64,000 bases of DNA from Pyrinomonadaceae bacterium (GCA_035248785.1 DATFHD010000100.1:328-64327), one strand, 5' to 3'. Positions 32,077-41,881 are shown, numbered from the stretch's first letter. Notes: generated by a model from the letters alone, not told the origin. Numbers and translations are program-made.

Positions 32077-32928
32077 GTGGCGGAGGTTGAGTTGGGTCTG
32101 ACGAGGAGGGAGTTTTTGAGGGGGGCGGGGGCCGCGGCGTTGGTCGGGGCGGCGGGGGTGTCGGCGTATGGCGGGGTGGTGGAGGCTTGGGATTATGAGG
32201 TGACGGAGACGGCCGTGCCCGTGAAGGGTTTGCCGGAGAGGTTCGAGGGGTTTCGGATCGTGCAGGTGTCGGACGTGCATCACGGGCGGCTGGTGTCGCT
32301 TGATGAAGTCCGGCGGGTGGTGAGTTTGGCGAACGCGGCGCGTGCGGACATGGTGGCGCTGACGGGCGATTACACGACCTCTTACAGGGAGTACATAGAG
32401 CCCTGCGCGGAGGCGCTCGGCGAGTTGAATGCGCCGGAAGGCGTGTGGGCCGTGCTCGGGAATCACGACCACAACACGGACGCGGCTCTGACGCGGCAGG
32501 CTTTGAAGCGGCGCGGGGTAGAGGTGCTGACGAACGCGAACACGACCTTGAGGCGCGGGGCGGACGTGTTGCAGTTGGCGGGCGTGGACGATTGGGGCTG
32601 GGGCGTCGCCGACTACGAGAAGGCCCTGCGCGGGGTGGACGTGTCGCGGCCTTCGGTGCTGCTCGCGCACGAGCCGCGCGCGCTCGACGAGCCCGAGACG
32701 CGCGGCGTCTCGCTCATCCTCAGCGGGCACACGCACGGCGGGCAGGTCAGGCTGCCGTTTGTCGGCGCGCCCGCGGCCTACGTCTTCAAGCACCTGAACT
32801 ATCTGCGCGGGATGTATGAGAACAACGGCACGCGGCTCTACGTCTCGCGCGGGACGGGGATGATAGGCGTGCCCGTGCGCGTCGGCGCGCGGCCCGAGGT
32901 CGCGGTGCTTCGTCTGCAAAAGGCTTAA
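32077..32928 (+). CDS. Tat-signal metallophosphoesterase (YkuE-like)
   Basis: LTRREFLRGAGAAAL (twin-arginine), VQVSDVHHG, ALTGDY, LGNHDH, SGHTHGGQV. Confidence 0.85.
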   Translation: MAEVELGLTRREFLRGAGAAALVGAAGVSAYGGVVEAWDYEVTETAVPVKGLPERFEGFRIVQVSDVHHGRLVSLDEVRRVVSLANAARADMVALTGDYTTSYREYIEPCAEALGELNAPEGVWAVLGNHDHNTDAALTRQALKRRGVEVLTNANTTLRRGADVLQLAGVDDWGWGVADYEKALRGVDVSRPSVLLAHEPRALDEPETRGVSLILSGHTHGGQVRLPFVGAPAAYVFKHLNYLRGMYENNGTRLYVSRGTGMIGVPVRVGARPEVAVLRLQKA

Positions 32929-32930
32929 CA

Positions 32931-33001
32931 GAAACAATGAACGATGAACGATGAACGATGAACTGAAGGCATGAAGCTTTCAGTTCATCATTCATTGTTT
33001 C
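32931..33001. repeat. Heptad-repeat hairpin (GAACGAT repeats) between convergent genes
   Basis: GAAACAATGAACGATGAACGATGAACGATGAACTGAA / loop / TTCAGTTCATCATTCATTGTTTC. The left arm has two more heptads than the right. Confidence 0.9.
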
Positions 33002-33977
33002 AAACGCGGCGTAGTGTCATCACGGTCAGGTCGTCGTGGCGCGGGGCGCCGGCGCGGAAGTCTTTGAGGTCGCCGAGGCAGGCTTCGATCAGTTCCGCGG
33101 GCGCGAGCAGGTGACGTTGGCAGAGGAGGCGTCGGAGGCGTTCGGCGCCGTACTCCGTGCCCAGCGGGTCGCGCGATTCGGAGAGGCCGTCGGTGAAGAG
33201 GAAGAGCGTGTCGCCGGCTTCAGTCCGGAACTTCTCGGAGGTGAACTCTTCGTTGCAGAAGATGCCGACGGGCAGGCCCGTCGCCTCGATAAGACGCGCC
33301 TCGCCTCCCCGCAGGAGCAGCGGCGGCAGATGTCCCGCGTTGCAGATTTCGACGAAGCCCTCTGTGTCGGCGCGGCCGAGGACGAGCGTGGCGTAGTGTG
33401 TGGGGAGCGTGCTCCCGTTGAAGACGCGGCTGGCGCGCTCGACCAAGCGGTTGAGCGCGAGCCCCTCGGGGACGAGCGCGCGGAACATCGCGTGAAGCTG
33501 CGACATCAGCAGAGACGCCGCCACGCCCTTGCCCGCCACGTCGCCGAGCATGAAGTAGAGGCTTCCGTCCTCCGCCGTCAGGAAGTCGCAGTAGTCGCCC
33601 GAGACTACCGACGCCGCCTCGTAATGGTAAGAGACCTGCCAGCCGTCGTGCCGGAAGTCGCGGCGCGGCAGGAGCCCCGCCTGAATCCGCGCCGCCAGTT
33701 CTAAATCGTCTTCGAGCGCGCGCCGCTGTGCCGGCGAAAGGCAGCCCAGACAGACGCACGTCAGAGGGTCGGCCAGAAGCCTCTCGGCCTCGACCGGGTC
33801 TTCGCAAATCTGGCAGAGCCCGAACGTCTCTTCCTCCATGCGCGCGAGCGCGGCGTCCACCTCTTCGAGCAGGCGTTGGAACTGCGCCTCGTTGTCCGCG
33901 CGATGGTAAGCCTCTTCCAGCCTGTGCCTGCGCACGAGGAGTTGTTCGCGCATCGTCGCGTCTATCACCGTGGCCAT
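33000..33977 (-). CDS. PP2C/SpoIIE-family serine phosphatase with an N-terminal DksA/TraR-type coiled-coil and C4 zinc finger
   Basis: CQIC-x17-CLGC (DksA/TraR spacing) after a helical N-terminus. Then VSGDYCDF...FMLGDVAGKGVAASLLMSQL...FLFTDGLSE...DDLTVMTL (SpoIIE/PP2C). Confidence 0.8.
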   Translation of the reverse strand: MATVIDATMREQLLVRRHRLEEAYHRADNEAQFQRLLEEVDAALARMEEETFGLCQICEDPVEAERLLADPLTCVCLGCLSPAQRRALEDDLELAARIQAGLLPRRDFRHDGWQVSYHYEAASVVSGDYCDFLTAEDGSLYFMLGDVAGKGVAASLLMSQLHAMFRALVPEGLALNRLVERASRVFNGSTLPTHYATLVLGRADTEGFVEICNAGHLPPLLLRGGEARLIEATGLPVGIFCNEEFTSEKFRTEAGDTLFLFTDGLSESRDPLGTEYGAERLRRLLCQRHLLAPAELIEACLGDLKDFRAGAPRHDDLTVMTLRRV

Positions 33978-34046
33978 CTCTGTCTCCCTCTGAAAAGTCG
34001 GAACCTGTAGCGCGAGGTCGTAAGGGCGCGTCGGGAGGGCGCGATT

Positions 34047-34445
34047 CTAAGTCGGGACTGCGCCGGGGCGCGGCGCCCCTTGCAGACGCACGGGCAGCGA
34101 CGGCGCGCAGCAGATGTTATTCATGCGCGCGCGATCCTTCTGCATCGCACGGTCTTCGCCGAGCCACGTCAACACTTCCGCCAGCACGCGCGCGGCGTGC
34201 GGGTCGGCGGGAGTCGAGATGCGGTAGTGCATCCACTTGCCCTCGCGCCGCGCCGAGACGACGCCAGCGCGGCGCAGGTACGCGAGGTGGCGCGAAATCT
34301 TCGGCTGGCCCTCGCCGAGCACCTCGACGAAGAAGCAGACGCAGACCTCGCCGGCCGCCATCAGGTTCAAAAGGCGCAGGCGCGTACGGTCGGCCAAGGC
34401 CCGAAAGAGTAGTTCGGCCTGCGCTTCGTCCTTCGCCATCTTCAA
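34047..34445 (-). CDS. arsR: ArsR/SmtB-family metalloregulator
   Basis: LADRTRLRLLNLMAAGEVCVCFFVEVLGEGQPKISRHLAYLRRAGVVSARREGKWMHYRI. It has the CVC metalloid-binding motif. Confidence 0.85.
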   Translation of the reverse strand: MKMAKDEAQAELLFRALADRTRLRLLNLMAAGEVCVCFFVEVLGEGQPKISRHLAYLRRAGVVSARREGKWMHYRISTPADPHAARVLAEVLTWLGEDRAMQKDRARMNNICCAPSLPVRLQGAPRPGAVPT

Positions 34446-34930
34446 TCAACCCCCGTGATTCTGCTGCGGCGTTCGAGCAGGACTGTGTCGCGCCAGCGCC
34501 CGCCGAGTTTGCCGACGCGCTCGCGCCGCCCGACCTCTCGAAAGCCGCACGCGCGGTGCAGACTGATGCTCGCCACGTTCTCAGGAAAGATGCTCGCCTG
34601 CAAAGTCCAGAGCCCCGCTGATTCAGACTCGCGCACCAGCGCTTCGAGCAGAGCGCGCCCCAGCCCCGCGCCCCTGAACCTCTCGCCGACGTAGACGCTC
34701 ACCTCCGCCACCCCCGCGTAAACCTTCCGCGCCGACACGGGCGAGAGCGCCGCCCACCCCGCCACGCGCCCGCCTTCCAAGGCCACGAGCCGGCAGCACG
34801 TCAGGTGCGACGCGTCCCAACGCTCCCACTCCGGAGCCTCGGTCTCGAACGTCGCGTCGCCCGTCGCGAGCCCCTCAAGGTAGACGGCGCGCACCTGCTC
34901 CCAGTGCCCTCGCGACATCTTTTCGATCAT
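34442..34930 (-). CDS. GNAT acetyltransferase of the phosphinothricin-acetyltransferase type (ArsN1-like)
   Basis: VRAVYLEGLATGDATFETEAP...VAGWAALSPVSARKVYAGVAEVSVYVGERFRGAGLGRALLEALV...LQASIFPENVASISLHRACGF. The stop overlaps the arsR start by 4 nt. The likely start is MIEKM at 34930. Confidence 0.75.
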   Translation of the reverse strand: MIEKMSRGHWEQVRAVYLEGLATGDATFETEAPEWERWDASHLTCCRLVALEGGRVAGWAALSPVSARKVYAGVAEVSVYVGERFRGAGLGRALLEALVRESESAGLWTLQASIFPENVASISLHRACGFREVGRRERVGKLGGRWRDTVLLERRSRITGVD

Positions 34931-35020
34931 GAAAATTATACGAATTTCGCCCCGCCTCCGGCACGACTTTGTGCGTCTGCAACGCCGCACGGGCGTGCAA
35001 AAATAAACTTCATATATGTC

Positions 35021-35064
35021 TTGACGAATGTGTAATCCGGGTGTAGTATCCGCTCACACATTCG
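35021..35064 (+). promoter_or_regulatory. arsM promoter candidate (TTGACG, 17 nt, TAGTAT) bracketed by the 9-bp inverted repeat CGAATGTGT / ACACATTCG
   Basis: -35 at 35021-35026 and -10 at 35044-35049. Inverted-repeat arms at 35024-35032 and 35056-35064. This would be a plausible ArsR operator. Confidence 0.45.
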
Positions 35065-35147
35065 CTTTCGCGTATATGATAAGCGAGGGCGGCGGACGAA
35101 GGCAAGGCCGTGGGGCGTCGAAATTAGAGACGGAAAGGAAGGCTTTT

Positions 35148-36083
35148 ATGTCGAGTTCAATCGAGCAGTTGGTGAAGGAGCGTTACGGGTTGGTCGCGCG
35201 GGGAGGGCTTTCGAGCGAGCAGGGCGGCGTGCGCGCAGTGGCCGAGGCGTTCGGGTACACGGCGGAGGAACTGGCCTCGATACCGGCGGAGGCGAACATG
35301 GGGCTCTCTTGCGGAAACCCCGTCGCGACGGCCTCGTTGCGGGAGGGCGAGACGGTCGTTGACCTCGGCTCGGGCGGCGGCCTCGACATCTTTCTGGCCG
35401 CGGAGAAAGTCGGCCCCGCGGGCCGCGCCGTCGGCATAGACATGACGCCCGAGATGATCGAGCTCGCGCGGCGCAACGCTGCGAAGCGTCTGGAAGCGGG
35501 AGCATCCGACAACGTCGAATTTCATCTGGCGACGATAGACCGCCTGCCGCTCGCCGACGCGTCCGCCGACTGCGTAATCAGCAACTGCGTCATCAACCTC
35601 GCGCCGGACAAGCGCGCAGTCTTCCGCGAAATCGCGCGCGTCCTCAAGCCGGGCGGGCGTCTGGCCGTGAGCGACATCGCGCTGAAGAAGGAGCTGCCGC
35701 CGGAGGTGAGCGGCGACGTGCTGGCTTACGTCGGCTGCGTCGCGGGCGCGATTACGTTCGAGGAGTATCGGCGCGGACTTATCGAGGCGGGCTTCGGCGA
35801 AGTCGCCGTCATAGACTCCGGCGCAGACCTGAACGCCTACTCGAAGGTCGAGAACCAGTCCGGCTGCTGCTCGCCTTCGATGAAGGAGGAGGCGCCGCAG
35901 AGTCTACCCGTTGCCGCGGCTGCCTGCTGCGCGCCGGCCGAAGCGTCGAGTGCGGAGCAGGCGGCGGGCTGGTGCTGCGGCCCGCCGCCGACGGCGGAGA
36001 ACGGGGCGCGCGACGTTCTCTCGCGCTACGACATCAACGACTACGCGGCGAGCGTGAAGGTCTTCGCCGTCAAGCCGCGTTGA
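35148..36083 (+). CDS. arsM: Arsenite S-adenosylmethionine methyltransferase
   Basis: SAM motif [16 protein letters not shown], conserved Cys contexts GLSCGNP, SNCVINL and YVGCVAGA, and a Cys-rich tail. The ATG at 35148 ([14 protein letters not shown]) is preferred over the track start at 35028. Confidence 0.85.
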   Translation: MSSSIEQLVKERYGLVARGGLSSEQGGVRAVAEAFGYTAEELASIPAEANMGLSCGNPVATASLREGETVVDLGSGGGLDIFLAAEKVGPAGRAVGIDMTPEMIELARRNAAKRLEAGASDNVEFHLATIDRLPLADASADCVISNCVINLAPDKRAVFREIARVLKPGGRLAVSDIALKKELPPEVSGDVLAYVGCVAGAITFEEYRRGLIEAGFGEVAVIDSGADLNAYSKVENQSGCCSPSMKEEAPQSLPVAAAACCAPAEASSAEQAAGWCCGPPPTAENGARDVLSRYDINDYAASVKVFAVKPR

Positions 36084-36096
36084 AGTCGGCAGGTAG

Positions 36097-37992
36097 TCAG
36101 TTGCTCTGCGGCTCGCCCTCGTCCGAGTCCGACTCGTCGTCGCCGTCGTCGGGCGGGCGGTTGTCGGGCGGGGGCGGGCCCTTCTCGGCGCGCAGGCGGA
36201 GGATGGAGCAGTCGCCGTCCGTGTAGACCTCGTCGAACCAGCCGCTGTCGAGCGCGTCGTTGTAGAAGTCTTCGTGCTCGTGGTCTGTGAAGACGTAGCG
36301 CGCGCAGCGGCGCTTGTCACCTTCGCCGACGCAGAAGTTGTCGCGGATGATCTGGCCGAGGTCTGCGACCTCTTTATCCGAGAGGTCTTTGGCGATGGTT
36401 ATCTTGCCGTGCAGCTCGGCGAGGTTCTTGTCCTTGTCGAGCAGGTAGGTCGGGTCGAGGCCCGAGACGTATGCGAGCTGCGGGTTGTAGAAGAAGAGCT
36501 TAGGGAAGTCGTCCCAGTCGGTGTTGAAGATCAGCTCGCCGGGCTCGGCGTTCTTCGCCAGCCACTCGGCGCCGCCCCTGTACATCTGCGGGCCGGCCAT
36601 GCCGGCGATGTCCTGCGCGGTGACGCGCGCGTACCAGACCGTCGAGGCCGAGAGCAGCACGAAGGCCGTCGAGACCAGAACGATCTCCCACGCGCGGGCG
36701 CGTTCGACGCGCGCGGGCTCGGGCGGCGCCTCCGTCTCAAGGACTTCGCCCGCCGTCTCTTCGGGCGCGCGCGAGTTGAAGCGCTGGCGGAGCAGACGCA
36801 GGTGCGGCTCGACGGCGAAGGCCGCGAAGAGCACCGCGAAGGGCGGGAAGTATTCCGCGAAGCGGCGCCAGCGCATGTTGACGATCATGAGGAACGTCGA
36901 GAAGAGCAATAGCAAAAAGGTGCGCCGACGCTCCGCGCTGGCCGAGTCCTTGAAGGCGATGTAGCCGACGAACATCGCGGCCACCGCCACGCCGCAATTG
37001 CCCAAGAACTCCCAAGTCGTGTACGGGTACCACTCCGAGCCGACGGTCGTCGTGAAGTCCTTCGTCGTGACCTTGATGACGAGGTGCTCGTAGAGCAGTT
37101 GGAGGTTGTGCGGGAAGTAAGGGTTGATGACGAAGCCGAGCACAGTCCCCGCGAACACGAAGACGCAGGCGAGGAAGGCGAGTTTGACTTCGCGGTTGAC
37201 CGAGCGCTCCTGCCAGACGGTCACCAGCAGCCAGAAGAAGGTGACCCCCCAGAGCAGGAAGACCATGTCATACGTGAGCGCGAAGACGAACGCGAGCGGC
37301 AGAAGCCAGCGGTACCTGCGCTCGAACAGCAGGTGGATGCCGACGACGAGCAGGACGATGGAGACGCTCATCGCCTTGCCCATGTTCATCCGGTAGAGGA
37401 ACGGCGCCGAGCTTCCGATGACGGCGACGAGCCACACGAGCGGGTAGCTTACGCGGTTGCGTATGAGCAGCCAGTAGCAGGAGAAGACCGCGAGGCACGC
37501 GAAGAGCCACGTCCCTATCTTCGCCCCGACCTCGAAGTCCGAGAAGAAGGTGAACGGAATCTGTAGGACGTGGAAGAGGAAGTGGTGGTCAACGTAGTCG
37601 CGCGGGTTGAGCGTCGTGAGCGGCAGCGCGTCGAAGGAGGGCGGGAAGTGGCCCGTCCTCATCCCCTCCCAGAGCATACGGCTCCAGCGGAAGTGGTAGT
37701 AGGCGTCGAAGTCGCCGCAGCAGAGCGAGCCCGTCGAGAACTGCAAGTACCAGAAGACCGCGCCGATGAGTATCGCGCCGACGACGAGCAAAGCCGCGCG
37801 GCCGCCCAGCACGGCCGCGATGCTCCGGCGCCTCGAAGGCGCGGCGGCCGCGGCCGACTCCGCCCCATTCAACGCTTCGGCGTTATCCGCGGGAAGGCTC
37901 CCGCCCTGTATGTTCTCCATCGCACTTCGCCTCTCTGCACGGGTACGGCGCGCAAGGATTCGCGCCCGGAATCGAGTCAACGAAAATAACAC
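36097..37992 (-). CDS. Polytopic membrane protein, GT-C-like glycosyltransferase fold suspected
   Basis: About 12 hydrophobic segments, then a soluble C-terminal domain and an acidic tail. The likely start is the ATG at 37920 (MENIQ). No family confidently recognised. Confidence 0.5.
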   Translation of the reverse strand: MLFSLTRFRARILARRTRAERRSAMENIQGGSLPADNAEALNGAESAAAAAPSRRRSIAAVLGGRAALLVVGAILIGAVFWYLQFSTGSLCCGDFDAYYHFRWSRMLWEGMRTGHFPPSFDALPLTTLNPRDYVDHHFLFHVLQIPFTFFSDFEVGAKIGTWLFACLAVFSCYWLLIRNRVSYPLVWLVAVIGSSAPFLYRMNMGKAMSVSIVLLVVGIHLLFERRYRWLLPLAFVFALTYDMVFLLWGVTFFWLLVTVWQERSVNREVKLAFLACVFVFAGTVLGFVINPYFPHNLQLLYEHLVIKVTTKDFTTTVGSEWYPYTTWEFLGNCGVAVAAMFVGYIAFKDSASAERRRTFLLLLFSTFLMIVNMRWRRFAEYFPPFAVLFAAFAVEPHLRLLRQRFNSRAPEETAGEVLETEAPPEPARVERARAWEIVLVSTAFVLLSASTVWYARVTAQDIAGMAGPQMYRGGAEWLAKNAEPGELIFNTDWDDFPKLFFYNPQLAYVSGLDPTYLLDKDKNLAELHGKITIAKDLSDKEVADLGQIIRDNFCVGEGDKRRCARYVFTDHEHEDFYNDALDSGWFDEVYTDGDCSILRLRAEKGPPPPDNRPPDDGDDESDSDEGEPQSN

Positions 37993-38012
37993 GAACCGGC
38001 GCGTGCTTGAAG

Positions 38013-38504
38013 TTACCCGCAGAGCTTTCGGACGGCGTCGAGGAGGTCGGAGGGGTTGATGGGTTTGGTGAGGAAGTCGTTGAAGCCTGCGCGGCGTGCG
38101 CGCTCGCGGTCGTCGAACATGGTGAAGCCGGTGACGGCGATGAGGGGCGTCCGCTCGTAGGCGGGCAGGGCGCGCAGCGCCTCTGCCAGTTGGTAGCCGT
38201 TCATGCCGGGCATGCCGATGTCGGAGATGACGGCGTCGAAGTGGTCGCCGCGCGCGGCGTCGAAAGCCTCGGGCGCCGAGAAGGCCATCTTCACCTGATA
38301 GCCTGCGAAGCTCATCATCGTCGCGATCATCTCGGTCACGTCGGGCGCGTCGTCCACGACGAGCAGTCGCAGGCAGCGCGCGCCGTCGCCAGCGTCGCCC
38401 GCCTTGTCCTCGGGCGCGTCGCCGGGTAGAGGCGGAGTGTGCGGGGAGTTCGGGGAGCCGTTGATGTCGTGTTCGGCGCGGCCGCCGGTCGGGTCGGTTT
38501 GCAT
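38013..38504 (-). CDS. Single-domain response regulator (CheY-like receiver)
   Basis: LLVVDDAPDVTEMI...DAVISDIGMPGMNGYQLAEALR...PLIAVTGF...FNDFLTKP. Confidence 0.9.
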   Translation of the reverse strand: MQTDPTGGRAEHDINGSPNSPHTPPLPGDAPEDKAGDAGDGARCLRLLVVDDAPDVTEMIATMMSFAGYQVKMAFSAPEAFDAARGDHFDAVISDIGMPGMNGYQLAEALRALPAYERTPLIAVTGFTMFDDRERARRAGFNDFLTKPINPSDLLDAVRKLCG

Positions 38505-38512
38505 AACTCTAC

Positions 38513-41500
38513 TTAAACGCCGGGCTCGCCTTCGTCCTTGCGCCGCACGAGTTGTTCCATCCGCGCGGCGAGCGCCGAAGGGTCTACGGGCTTCGGGACG
38601 TGCGCGTCGAAGCCCGCGGCGAGCGCGGCCTCGGCGTCGCGCGGGGCGGCGTAGCCCGTCAGCGCCAGCGCCGGCACCTCCCTGAGGTGCGGCAACTCGC
38701 GCAGCCGCCTGATCAACTCGTATCCGTCAATTCGTGGGAGCCCGATGTCGGAGACGATTATATCAAACCGCCCCGACTCGGCAACGCGCAGCGCCTCCTC
38801 GGGGGTGGCGCAGGCCGCGGCCGTGTAGCCGCGCGCCTCGAAGACGACGCGCAGCATCTCCAAAGTGTCGGGCGCGTCCTCGATGAGCAGGACGTGGCAA
38901 GCCTCTTCCGCGCAGGGCACGGCCGCCGCGGGGTCGAGGTCGCCCGAGGGGCGGGGCCGCTCGGCGGAGGCCAGCGTCGGCAGTCGGACGGTGAAGCGGC
39001 TGCCGCGCCCCTCGCCCGCGCTCTCGGCCGCGACACTGCCGCCGTGCGCCTCGACGAAGCTCTTGACGAGCGCGAGCCCGAGCCCCAGCCCGCCGTGCGT
39101 GCGCGTCGTCGAGCCGTCGGCCTGACGGAAGCGCTCGAAGACGTGCGGCAGAAACTCGGGCGCTATCCCGTCGCCGTCGTCTTCGACCTCCACGCGCGCC
39201 GCGCCGTCCCTGCCTCCGACGCGCACGCGCACCAGCCCGCCCTCGGGAGAGAACTTGACGGCGTTGTTCAGAAGGTTCCAGAAGACCTGCACGAGGCGCG
39301 TGCGGTCGCCGTCCAGAGAGACGGGGGCGAGCCCGCCCGACTCGACCTCAATCTGGACGCGCCGCGCGGCGGCCTGCGGCCGGACGGTCTCGACCGCCTC
39401 GCGCACGACCGCCTGAAGCTCGACGGGCGCGCGCTCGATTCTCATCTTGCCCGACAGAATCGAGGACATGTCGAGCAGGTCATTGATGAGGCGCGAGAGC
39501 GACTGCGAGTTCTTCTCGATGACGCGCACGCCCTGCGCGACCTCCGCCTCGCCGAGCCGGCCCGAGCGGATCATGTGCGTCCAGCCGAGGATGGGCGTCA
39601 GGGGCGTGCGCAGCTCGTGCGAGAGCGTGGCGAGGAACTCGTCCTTGGCGCGGTTGACTTCCTGCGCGCGTCCGTAGAGGCGCGCGTTCTCGATGGCGAG
39701 CGCGGCGCGCGCGGCGATCTCCTGCGCGTAGGCCACATCCTCCTCGTCGTACTCGCGCCGCTGCCGCGTAGAGGAGAAGGTGAGCGCGCCGATGGTGCGG
39801 CCTCGGGCGACGAGCGGGACGGTGATGAAGGACTTCAAGCCCAACTCGCCGAGGACGCGCGCGTGCTCTTCGTCGCGCGCGAGCCGGACGATAGTCTCGT
39901 CGTCAACGTGTGAAATCCACTCGGGCGTGCCGGTGCGCAGGACTGCGGGCACGCCCGCCGGCTGCTGCCCGGGCGGGTACTCGCGCAGGCGCTCGGCGAG
40001 CGGCTGAAGCGCGGGGTCGCGGTGCGTGGCCGCGACGCGACGGACGCGCCCGTCGTCGTCCACGAGGTCAACGAGGCAGTAGTCTGCGAGCGCCGAGACG
40101 GCGAGCCGCGCGAGCCCCGCGAGCGTCGTCTCGTAGTCGAGAGAGGAGCCGAGCACGCGGCTCGCCTCGGCGAGGAAGCGCAGGCGCTCTTCGCCGCGCT
40201 GGCGTGCGCTGATGTCAATCGTCACGCCGCGCATCCCCATGGGGCGCCCGCGCTCGTCGAGGATGATTCTCGACTGCGCCTCGACGTGTACGGCGCGGCC
40301 GTCCTTGCGCACCCATCGGAACCGGCTCGTGCCGCCCGTCCGGCTCTCGAAAATCTGGTGCGCCTCGCGCGCGGCGCGCTCGCGGTCTTCGGGGTGGACG
40401 ATTGAGAGCCAGAAGTTCGGGGTTGAGAGCCACTCCTCGACCGTGTAGCCGAGCATCTTCTCGACGTGGTCGCTGACGAAGTTGATGCGCTGCGTCGCGT
40501 CGTCCGGCTCGCCCCAAGCCTCCCAGACGACGCCGGGCACGTCGGCGACGAGGTTGCGCAGACGCTCGCGCTCGCGCTCGACCATCAGAGAGAGGCGTGT
40601 GCGCTCCCCGGCGGCGCGCTTCTGCTCGCCGATGTCGCGCGCGATGGTCGAGGCGCCGACGAGGCGCCCCGAAGGGTCGCGTATGGGCGAGATGATGAGC
40701 GACACGTCTATGCGCGTCCCGTCCTTGCGCACGCGTACGGTCTCCTCGCGCTCGACGCGCTCGCCGCGCGCGAGCTGTTCCATTATCTCTTTGAGGTCGT
40801 CGCGCAGCTCTTCGGGGATGATGAAGGAGATGTGACGGCCGACCGCCTCCTCGGCCGTGTAGCCGTACATGCGCTCGGCCGCGGCGTTCCAGCTCGTGAT
40901 GGTGCCGTCGAGCGTCTTGCCGATGACGGCCTCGCTCGAAGACTCGACAATGGCTGCCAGAAGCGCGCGCTCGGCCTCGGCGCGGCGCCGCTCGCCCACG
41001 TCGTGGAAGACGAGGACGACACCCGAAATCCTCCCGCGCGCGTCGCGGATGGGGGCGCCGCTGTCGTCAATGGGCATCTCTGTGCCGTCGCGCGCGACGA
41101 GGATGGTGTGGTTGGCGAGTCCGACGATGCCGCCCTCGCGCAAGACCTTCTCGACGGGGCTCTCGACCGCGGCGCGCGTGTACTCGTTGACGATGCGGAA
41201 GACTTCAGTGAGCGGCCGCCCGTTCGCCTCCTTCAGCGTCCAGCCGGTCAGGCGCTCGGCGACGGGGTTCATGAAGTTGACGCGGCCCGAGGCGTCGGTC
41301 GAGATCACGGCGTCGCCGATGCTGCGCAGAGTCGTCTCCAAAGACTCGCGGCTGCGCACGGCCTCCGATTCGGCGCGCGCGCTGCGCTCGGCCAGCGCCG
41401 TGATGAAGAGCGAGACGAGGGCGAAGACTCCGGTCTGAAGCAGCGCCGGGAGGTCGAAGCCGAGCGCGTCGAAGGGCGGGATGAAGAAGAAGCGCGCGGC

Positions 41501-41881
41501 GAGCGCCGAGAGCAGTATCGAGAAGAGGCCGGGGCCGCGCCCGCCGTAGACGGCCGCGAAGACGACGGCGCAGAAGTAGAAGATGAAGGGGACTGAGCCG
41601 CGCGACAGGCCCGAGACGGCGTAGAGCGCGAACATCAGCAGCGTCGCCGCCGCGACCGACAGAACCGCCAGCCCGTAGCGCGCGGCCGCGGACTCTCTCC
41701 AAGGATGACTTGACCTTTGCGCGCCGTGGGGATGGGGGTCAGGCATCGCTCTTCCTTGCTCGCTCTTGCAGGGCCGCAGGGCTTCCGGCGAGGGATGCGC
41801 GGCCGCCCCGCCCGAACGAGGCCCGCCGCCGGAACTGCTTAAAGATTCGGACTCGCTGCGCTGTCTTCGCTTCGGCGACAA
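38513..41881 (-). CDS. Hybrid sensor histidine kinase (membrane N-terminus, three PAS, GAF, HisKA, HATPase_c, receiver)
   Basis: H-box FLATLSHELRTPLTPILGW, N/G boxes NLLNNAVKF...DDGDGI...GGLGLGLALV, and a C-terminal receiver VLLIEDAPDTLEM...DIIVSDIGLPRIDGYELIRRLR. Confidence 0.9.
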   Translation of the reverse strand: MSPKRRQRSESESLSSSGGGPRSGGAAAHPSPEALRPCKSEQGRAMPDPHPHGAQRSSHPWRESAAARYGLAVLSVAAATLLMFALYAVSGLSRGSVPFIFYFCAVVFAAVYGGRGPGLFSILLSALAARFFFIPPFDALGFDLPALLQTGVFALVSLFITALAERSARAESEAVRSRESLETTLRSIGDAVISTDASGRVNFMNPVAERLTGWTLKEANGRPLTEVFRIVNEYTRAAVESPVEKVLREGGIVGLANHTILVARDGTEMPIDDSGAPIRDARGRISGVVLVFHDVGERRRAEAERALLAAIVESSSEAVIGKTLDGTITSWNAAAERMYGYTAEEAVGRHISFIIPEELRDDLKEIMEQLARGERVEREETVRVRKDGTRIDVSLIISPIRDPSGRLVGASTIARDIGEQKRAAGERTRLSLMVERERERLRNLVADVPGVVWEAWGEPDDATQRINFVSDHVEKMLGYTVEEWLSTPNFWLSIVHPEDRERAAREAHQIFESRTGGTSRFRWVRKDGRAVHVEAQSRIILDERGRPMGMRGVTIDISARQRGEERLRFLAEASRVLGSSLDYETTLAGLARLAVSALADYCLVDLVDDDGRVRRVAATHRDPALQPLAERLREYPPGQQPAGVPAVLRTGTPEWISHVDDETIVRLARDEEHARVLGELGLKSFITVPLVARGRTIGALTFSSTRQRREYDEEDVAYAQEIAARAALAIENARLYGRAQEVNRAKDEFLATLSHELRTPLTPILGWTHMIRSGRLGEAEVAQGVRVIEKNSQSLSRLINDLLDMSSILSGKMRIERAPVELQAVVREAVETVRPQAAARRVQIEVESGGLAPVSLDGDRTRLVQVFWNLLNNAVKFSPEGGLVRVRVGGRDGAARVEVEDDGDGIAPEFLPHVFERFRQADGSTTRTHGGLGLGLALVKSFVEAHGGSVAAESAGEGRGSRFTVRLPTLASAERPRPSGDLDPAAAVPCAEEACHVLLIEDAPDTLEMLRVVFEARGYTAAACATPEEALRVAESGRFDIIVSDIGLPRIDGYELIRRLRELPHLREVPALALTGYAAPRDAEAALAAGFDAHVPKPVDPSALAARMEQLVRRKDEGEPGV

